Part shown: positions 53,410-61,995 of the stretch, piece by piece
Numbering within the stretch: position 1 is the stretch's first letter
Layout: every line of letters begins with the position of its first letter
Assembly: GCF_001194135.2 (NCBI RefSeq)
Contig: NC_068992.1
Location: 67,383,153-67,445,147, forward strand
Reading direction: 5' to 3'
DNA: 61,995 bases
Origin: Octopus bimaculoides
Taxonomy: Eukaryota
Program-made: the position numbers and the translations under genes
Notes under the pieces: model-generated
Seen by the model: the letters and a program-made list of their open reading frames with translations, nothing else
What the model was told of the DNA's origin: nothing
Database searches by the model: none

Positions 53410-54973
53410 AGAAAACCTCTACAATAGACCGAGCAACTGACAAAGTCTTGAGATCACCAAGTTGTGTATTTCTGGCTGAAACAGGTGAAAATGTAGTTGG
53501 ATATTTAATCGATAAAACACCTTTAAGAAAATCGAACAAAACATTTTTGCAACACTAAACTTACTTTGCAACTCTTTTGAAGAGACATTGCCACAATACA
53601 CCTACATGCCCATACACCTCCCAGCCACATGGGCTCACACGAGTTGTTGATCATAAAGAGCAGTACGTCATCTAAATATATCGGGGAATTATAACAGGAA
53701 TCAATATAGCAACCAATTTAAAATTGAATGAAAAAGGGAACGCCATCGTAAATTAATGAGTTAGAAACCTCCCCGCCATGATGAATGAGTTGAACTGAAT
53801 CCCACAAAAATATGTAAAAGAAGGAAAATGAAACTATAACAACGAATGTATCAGTATAGTTTTGAGTTCAAACAATCTTCAGGATTAAACAAATACCGTT
53901 GCATGTATAAATACTCTCTCTCTCTCTCTCTACACACACTTACACACAAACATACTCACACAGACACGCGCACTCATACACACCTCTCCACAAAATCTGA
54001 TATTCACCCGAAGCTTGTCTTGCTATACATACAGCACAACTGAAACACAAACGTAGACGACGACCAGTTCGCGCATGAGATTTAACTCTTTCAAAAATAA
54101 AGAAAAACACACGTATACAGCAATACATAATAAGCCAAATAAAACACAAAATATACATATACGGACGCACACATACTATATATATGTATACATTCACTTG
54201 CATATATTAATTTATATGAATAAATTAAGAACGTCACCAAACAATAAATAAATGATTCAAAGAAACAAATATGTTAGAGGAAACTTTAAACCGATTAACC
54301 AATTCCAAACCAATTATGAGATGTAAAAGACACTCAAGAAAACCATTTTTTCCAGCAACCTGGGAAATAAAATTACATAACACAAAACGAAATTTCCCAT
54401 AAACAAATATCTCTGTTTCATGAAAGAAACATCAACAAATATTAAAAGCGGAAATTAGCAGATAAATATTTAATAAGTATGAAGTCCTTCAGGAAACAAG
54501 TTTGAATAAAACCATAAAGAAATATATTAAATATACGCCATATCACAAGCACATTCAGGGAATAATAATTTTCGATAATTCCTTATTAGCACTGTTAAAA
54601 ACAACGGTTGTAAGAGATGAGAAATCAACTAAGAGACACAAGCCACTAACTACCTATGTGCAATTCTAACAAGTTGCGAGAGGCGGGAGTTGTCGTCAAA
54701 AACTGACTACTTTCTTCTTCTTCATAAAGTTTGATATAATGTGTATATATATATATATATATACATACACATGTGCGTATATATATACATTATATATACA
54801 CACACACACATAACAAACAACAAGCACGCACACACATGCCAATACGCGCTAATATCGAACAGTGAGAATTAATGCTTAACACCGCTTCCGTGGCTAACTG
54901 TTTTTTTATTTGTGAATTAACCAGGCTACTAATGGCTTCACGTAGAGAGATAATATATATGCCTATATACATG

Positions 54974-55076
<103 letters not shown>

Positions 55077-55164
55077 TGTGTGTGTACATATTGACAAAAT
55101 GTATTGTTTACACAATCATTCGTACGAAATCGTATAGAGGTTAAATTTAGATTATTCCTCTCAC

Positions 55165-55247
55165 TCCATTCAAGTAGGTCCCAGACACCTCGGCAGCAAC
55201 AATAAGCTTCTGCAATTGTCAGATCAATGCTCTTCAACTTGTTGAAT
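55165..55247 (-). CDS. Candidate internal exon
   Basis: tttttattgtattcag| FNKLKSIDLTIAEAYCCCRGVWDLLEW |gtgaga; 83 nt, phase 2 to 1, open. Confidence 0.3.
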
Positions 55248-55807
55248 CTGAATACAATAAAAATGAATTCTTCACTCTCACAATTGCCCAAAACAAACTT
55301 TGTGCAATTATTGGTTTTCATAAGGAAACCTAATATTACTATTCGTGTTTTATTCTTATTATTGGTAATTGCACGCGTTTTCCTGTTTTCTTCAACAGTT
55401 ATGTTCGTATTTTCTTTTCACGAAAGCATAAACCAAATGAAAATGCTTTCTTTGGCAATTTATTAAGCAGGACCGATATTTGTTAAATAACAAACGGAAT
55501 AATACTGCAAATGTCCATCTTGTTTAACCCAAACACGAACAGTAATTGTCTGCCCCTGTCCAAATTACTTCACTCTGGAATTAAGCCAAATCTGGTGCTT
55601 AATATTACACTGCTCAATTACGTAAACTGTGTCAAATACGATTAGTAGAAGGCATTGTAATAGAGATTGAAAATATCAACAACGAATTAATTGAATCTTC
55701 AACTGATCTGTCAGTTATATTGCATAGGTTACGTTGATAGCATGTTTTATGTCATATAGTCTAGAAATATGAGCTGGTTGTCACTGCACGAAATTCAAAC
55801 TATGACA

Positions 55808-55874
<67 letters not shown>

Positions 55875-56658
55875 GAATTTATTTCGAGCTACAAATAATT
55901 AAAATTTTACATTAAGCTGAAGGGCTTAATTAAAACCATTTCGAAGAACACACGCTTTTTAAAGGGTTACAATAANNNNNNNNNNNNNNNNNNNNNNNNN
56001 NNNNNNNNNNNNNNNNNNNNNNNNNNNNNNNNNNNNNNNNNNNNNNNNNNNNNNNNNNNNNNNNNNNNNNNNNNNNNNNNNNNNNNNNNNNNNNNNNNNN
56101 NNNNNNNNNNNNNNNNNNNNNNNNNNNNNNNNNNNNNNNNNNNNNNNNNNNNNNNNNNNNNNNNNNNNNNNNNNNNNNNNNNATATATATATATATAGTG
56201 CTATATGTAATTTTACAAGTGCTATAAGCTATGTGTTATGGTATGTGGTGTGCAATATGTAATTACTATTCCGTAAAATCTCCTGCGTAGTTAGTGTGCC
56301 TTCATCATGCTTTTGGTGATTAAACTATTGTTTTCCGTTCTATGATGTCCTCCCCTACTGATCATATTATGCTTATTTGTAATGACTTTTATGTAAGTCT
56401 CCTAATTATATACCTCCTAGAAACTATAAAATCATATATGTAATAGTACCTGTAACATTGCAACTTATAAAATCTATTCGGTCGCAATACCTCCAACTGC
56501 TCTCACTACTCCCATACCTACTACCTCCTCTTTTGTGGTTACCTTTATCTCTACCTCAAATTTTAACACCCTGTCTCTTTAAATGTACGTTATATGTATT
56601 TTTATATTATGTTCTATAATTTTTTATTATTATTTTGCTTTCTTACTTTGATATCCTT

Positions 56659-56925
56659 ACCTATTAACCTCTTGTCTCTTATAATTTATTTCTGTTCTTA
56701 AATAGAGATTTTTCAGCTACTTAGGTCTATGCAAGACGGTTATACGATATCCATATAAACGTGTAAATATTTGTATATGCATGCATATGCATATACGTGC
56801 ATAACCTATTAACCTCTTATCCCTTATAAATTGTTATCTTTGTTGTTCGTAAATAGATACGTTTTAAGTACTTAAGTCAATGCTAGATTGTTATACTATA
56901 TCCATATAAACGTATAATTATTTGT
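56659..56925. repeat. Old tandem duplication, period about 145 bp
   Basis: acctattaacctctt..aaatagat..tacttag.tc.atgc.aga..gttatac..tatccatataaacgt.taa.tatttgt at 56659 and 56804. Confidence 0.85.
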
Positions 56926-57917
56926 GTGTGTGTGGATGTGTGCACATAGATAAATGCGTGTGTAGGTGTAGACATCTTCATTTTTATCTCTGATTCTTCG
57001 CCTATAATTAGTATATAGATAGCTTGTTTATCTTTCCAGTATTCTGTAAGTAAATACCTTGCGTAGTCTTTATAGAATCCACCGAACAAGTAAATAATTA
57101 AATAAATTCTTAATGTTGCAAATTGATATATACACACATTTTACCTATTTTGGTTAAGATATCATTTTTGATCATCTTAAATTTTAATTTTATACGACAG
57201 AACAATATTATATGCGGCAAGGAAAATGAAAATATAAATATATACATAATATAAAAAAAATATTCATACCAATGCACGCAAATACGTATATATTCACACA
57301 TAATTACACACACATACACATACACACACACGCACACACACACACACACATATATATATACATGTACGCACACAGATATTTGATATTACTTTCGTTAAAT
57401 GAGTCATATTTGTCTTGATTTGATTACTTCAATCTCTACAGTTTCATATGCAATGTTTTTCAAGAAATACAGCAAAATCACTTATCTCACTGCCATTGTC
57501 TTTCAAGAAACTAATTAAGAAACTGTCCACAGTTTACCGGAGATAACTATCATTCATTGATCTGTTAGTTACCCCAGGGTAGTCTAACACTGAAATGTTC
57601 TTTATGAGAGTCCGCTCTGATGCAACAATTGGCTCATCTCTGGGACATTTGAATAACGTCTTTCTTCTTCTCTTATCAATCCCGTTGTCCCTATATATGA
57701 TGCTGGACAATGTATTTCCTTCTGCACGTCTGTCATTTCAATACAGATGTGATATCTAGGTTTCATACAAATGAATCTAATCAATATCGATAGTTTAAGC
57801 ATAGTTAATTGAATATACGCTCTCCGCTAGAAATACTTATACTTAATGCGCTCATTTATGCAGAAATATTATAATCGCTTTAACATTAACAATAATTTCG
57901 TAATATGTTTATTGTTA

Positions 57918-58133
57918 GGGCGTCGAGCTGGTAGAATTGCTAGCATGCCGGACAAACTACTCAGCGGCATTTCGTCCGTTCTAGCATTCTGAGTTCAAAT
58001 TCCGCCGAGGTAGATTTTACCTTTCATTCATTCGGAGTCGATTAATAAGTGCCAGCAAAGCACTGGGGGTCGTTGTAATCAACTCACCCCCTCTTCTATC
58101 TTGCTGGCTTTGCACCAAACTGGAAAACAATAT
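57918..58133 (+). mobile_element. tRNA-derived SINE family B, full-length copy
   Basis: gagctggtagaattgctagcatgccgg..cggcatttcgtccg..ttctGAGTTCAAATTCCgccgagg (B-box-like, 57991-58003)..gcactgggggtcg..ttgcaccaaa; 8 or more related copies in the window. Confidence 0.9.
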
Positions 58134-58220
58134 TTGTACATCTTTGTTCTTTGTGGTACTGGGTATGGCGCATTTGTTTTTGCTTATTGCTTGAATGCAC
58201 TAAAAATACTTTCTGCTAAT

Positions 58221-58904
58221 TCAATTAAATGTTTGACGAGATAGCAAGAAATGATTTGTTGTGCGTGTGTCTGGTGTTCCTTCCTAGTATAACATTTGTC
58301 CATCTGTCTGGTCCTTTGATAAACTGTTTGTTATGCTATTTCATGATACAATCTCTGGTTTCACGCAGTCTTGTCTTTCTGCGCAATTATCCTCCACACT
58401 GACAAGTAATCTAATACGTTGTCGACATGAAATGCAACCGTTGTCAATTCTAATTCATGAGACATTCACTGCTCGAATACAACCTTTATTTATACAACCT
58501 GAACCAATTCGGATCAGAGTTTCTCCATAAAATGGAACAACTTTTAAATACACACTTTAGAGTCGAGACAGGTACGGCGTTAATTCAGATTCTTTTGTTG
58601 CATGCATTAATTTTTAATAATCACCAAATTATGAAACCGGTTAAGTGAATCTTTGTATTAAAGATTGATGCGTCTCTGTATTAAGAGTCTATTTGTTTAC
58701 ATGTGTGTGAGAGAGAGGGGAGATGTGTGTGTGTGTGTGTGCGTGTGTGTATGAGAGAGAGAAAGAACGAGTGAGAGAGAGAGAGATAATGAGAAAGAAA
58801 ATAACGAATGAGAAATATATGTGTGAGAGAGAGAGAGAGAGAACGACTTAGAGAGGATGTGTGTGTGAGAGAGAGAAAGAACGAGTGAGAATGTGTGTGT
58901 GTGT

Positions 58905-58942
<38 letters not shown>

Positions 58943-59944
58943 GAGATCTGCGTTAGAATTCATTGATTTTTTAGTGTCTAAGTTCTTTTCATAAATTTAA
59001 TTATATATAATTGCTGTCACAGGATCTGATATATAAATTTAGATGTAAGATTGACTTCTTTTCCACACACTATGTTTAACTACTTTAACTACCAACATCA
59101 AACGTTCACTGATTGTGTTATGGAGACCGTCGTTATTTCTATTTTGTGTTTACTTTCAATCGTTTTGCGAATATTATTCATGAAAAACAGTCTGAATGGG
59201 TATCTGAGCGATGCGTCAAATGAACCGGTGAATGGTTCAAGGAGAATTATGAAGAAATGTGGCAGGTTTCTTTGTCTCCGTCAAATATTGATACGCGTAA
59301 TCTTTCACTTTTGATGTCATGTTTGTAGTTTCCGGAGATGTGTTTTAGATGTTTCTTATCAAGCACAGCAAGCTCACCTCTAGCAGCGTCGTAATCTTTC
59401 GTATTATTGTAGAATCAATGCTGTGAATTTTGAATGGTTGTAGCTTGCATCTGTTTTATAATGTTTTTTTATAAAAGCCTTGATTATCTCGGAAGGGGAT
59501 CTTCTGAACCGTCGTTGTTTGACAGCTACAAATCTACGAAATAAAAGGGTTCTACAAGCTTAATTTCCTTTTAAAAGTGTTGACAAGGAAAACTTCAATA
59601 AGGCTTCTTTCACGCACTCTAAGATTATTTCATTCTCTCTCTAAATATGTTTAGAGTTCCTCTGCGGAATGTTTAACTTTTCTGGGTGTAATACTTATAT
59701 CGCTGACTTCTGCACAGCTTCATTACGGACCACGAAGGCCCATCCTCGATTAAATAAAAAAAAGACCTATTCACTATGCCTCAATATTCCGACAGGCTTC
59801 GATAATTTTCTGTTATTTGTCATTATTGTAATTCGTGTATTTTTTTCTCAGATTATTTTGTTTGCCTTGGGGTCAAAAACACTTCCCGAGAGATCAGCTA
59901 TGTCACAAATAGCGTTGTGAATTTTTAAATCCAGTTGCCAAAGG
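58221..59944 (-). pseudogene. Stop-poor, coding-like minus-strand frames, split by a (GA/GT)n block at 58700-58950
   Basis: 59943-59404: 179 codons with 5 stops, starting at acceptor aaatttcacttttag. 58556-58221: 111 codons with 3 stops. Strong splice pair at 59533/59378. Family not recognised. Confidence 0.3.
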
Positions 59945-60561
59945 CTAAAAGTGAAATTTAAGTGTTGACTAAAGATTGGATATTTTTCTTTCATTCTACC
60001 TAATCTCATAAAATATTCACACACACACATACATAATCACGCACAGGCATACATATACACACGTAGACCCCCCCCGCCCTAGAATCATTGATTCTTTTAT
60101 GTAGTGTGACAAAGTGATAATAACAGAGTCACGAATACAGGCGATCGCAAGCCCCCCAAAGGCATTAAATAGCTGAGGGACTGAAATTAATCAAAGGACA
60201 TACCAAGTATGTCTTCCTGCTGGAATATATATATAGGCGGGTATAAGAGGAAATAGAGATTTAAAGAAGCTGACACTTCTCACGATAGGATCTCTAACGG
60301 GCGTTCGGCTAGCATGGAAACTGGTGTTCAATTAAGGGTATAAAATTAATTCCGTTATTCTTCAGAAAACCTGGACCACAATGGAGGAGAGTGAGTGCGT
60401 CAATGCGTATTTGTGTGCAGGTGCTTCTCTCTGAGAATATGTTTATATATTAGACGTGATTTTCTAATGAATTTCAAAGAAATGGAAGCTTAAACATATC
60501 CGCCAGAGTTAATTCCACCATCTTATGTAAATGGAAATATTAGTATTGAAGTAGTGAAAGA

Positions 60562-60988
60562 ATGTTTTTCCTCAATGGCCTTCTCACTTTTATTTTGGTT
60601 CCGTCTATTGTCTTGGATGTCTTACAATCCTCTGTAATGGTAAGAGCATTGCAGGAACTTCAAGTGGTTTCTACTTCTATTTTTCGCAATAATGAGAAAA
60701 GTATGTTTTATTCCTGATATATGTGTTTTTATTCTTTGGTTTCCATTCATTGCAATTTTTCCTGTCTAGTTTATTTTGGCATCTTTTAAGTTGAAGTGAT
60801 TCAATTGGCTAAGATTTCATTTTCTATATTTTAATCGAATTTCTTTGACAGACCGCACAATAGATAGAGCAAATAGTGAAGATGTTCATCTCACGGAACG
60901 CACCTTATGAACGGAATACTATTGGAATCAGAACATTGTAAATATCTTTGACATTTGGAATACGTCGAATTCATTAGCTTTAGTATAA
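60562..60988 (+). CDS. Candidate 5' end of a secreted-protein (pseudo)gene, two exons
   Basis: ATG 60562 MFFLNGLLTFILVPSIVL (hydrophobic)..RNNEK |gtatgt (60701, phase 1); ttctttgacag| 60852 phase 1 RTIDRANSEDVHLTERTL*TEYYWNQNIVNIFDIW. One in-frame TGA at 60908. Confidence 0.25.
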
Positions 60989-61955
60989 CAAAAACATTTA
61001 ACATTTATCATAAGATGTCTCCAATATATTTCGTAAAAGTTAGTCGAACTGATGTATTGAAGAATATCAAAAGCGCTGTATACTAAAACAGGATGAAAAT
61101 ATAATGTTTTTTTTTCTAGTAATTGCATTTTCACGTTTTGTAGGTGAAATATGTGCTTCCAATGCATGAAAAGATGCGAACGGTTTACTACGCGGAATAT
61201 TTCGGGTCAAAGTCACTTCCATCCACAACTGTTATCAATAATGTAACTAATTAGCGAATCAGTGCTACAATACAGCAACACAGCAGGTCCTGCAATACTT
61301 TCTTTCTCAAGCTTATGTTTAATTTTCTATACATACATCTGTTCGAATTCCACAAAACTAACGAGACCTAAATGATGGCATACATACACACAAAAGCACA
61401 CACACAAACGCACACAAACAAATGCTCACACCCACACGTACGCACACACACGCATACACACACACATACACAGATATAAGTAAAGGAAAATAGAATATAT
61501 GACAATTGCTTCGACACGTATATACATGTATATATGCATAAATTTCTACTGTACAACAACAGTTCTGAACTAGAATTTCTCCAGTTTTGTTTCCCGTTTG
61601 TGTTAGCATTGAATCTGGGATCCTCCAGACCTAATATCCCAATGATAGGATGCGAAAATATCAATCGAACGAAATACGTGTGTTTGTTTCTATTATCAAC
61701 AATGTTCACTTCTTTCCTTTTGCATTTTTTCTGAAAGAATACATTGTCTGTGAATGTTTTCATTGCAAACTTTGACATCTCTGTTATTTCTTTCACAATA
61801 AGTAATTAAGGAAGCTAATAAATAAATGAATTTCAAATTTCTTCAAAATCTCTGTAATCTGAAACTAATGGAAAACAAACATGAATGTCTTATCCACAAG
61901 GCTTTCGTTCTGCTGTCGATCAATAACAATGAGGTTGTAGGTGTGTGTACAAATA

Positions 61956-61995
<40 letters not shown>

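Overview
Eukaryotic, AT-rich, repeat-dominated genomic DNA from a draft assembly. It has 11 N-gaps, nearly all inside or beside microsatellites. The SINE families and the very high (CA/TA/GA/TATC/AAT)n density look like a coleoid cephalopod, probably Octopus; this is inferred from remembered repeat families, not from a search. There is no operon structure, CRISPR array, rRNA or true tRNA gene, and almost all ORFs in the supplied track are microsatellite or antisense artefacts. The window contains: (1) degraded autonomous TE relics (L1/Tx1-like LINE, three R4/Dong-like RLE retrotransposon pieces, two Penelope-like pieces, a Helitron helicase C-terminus, a mariner 5' end); (2) about 15 SINE copies from at least 4 families; (3) two unrelated palindromic elements whose arms contain minimal type I hammerhead-ribozyme-like cores (32.7 kb and 50.8-51.2 kb), the most interesting signal; (4) scattered exon-like islands, mostly on the minus strand, with canonical GT-AG signals and long frames often broken by single stop codons, suggesting an unidentified multi-exon (pseudo)gene, possibly with fibronectin-III-like modules. 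All protein-family calls come from motif recognition by eye and need HMM/BLAST confirmation.
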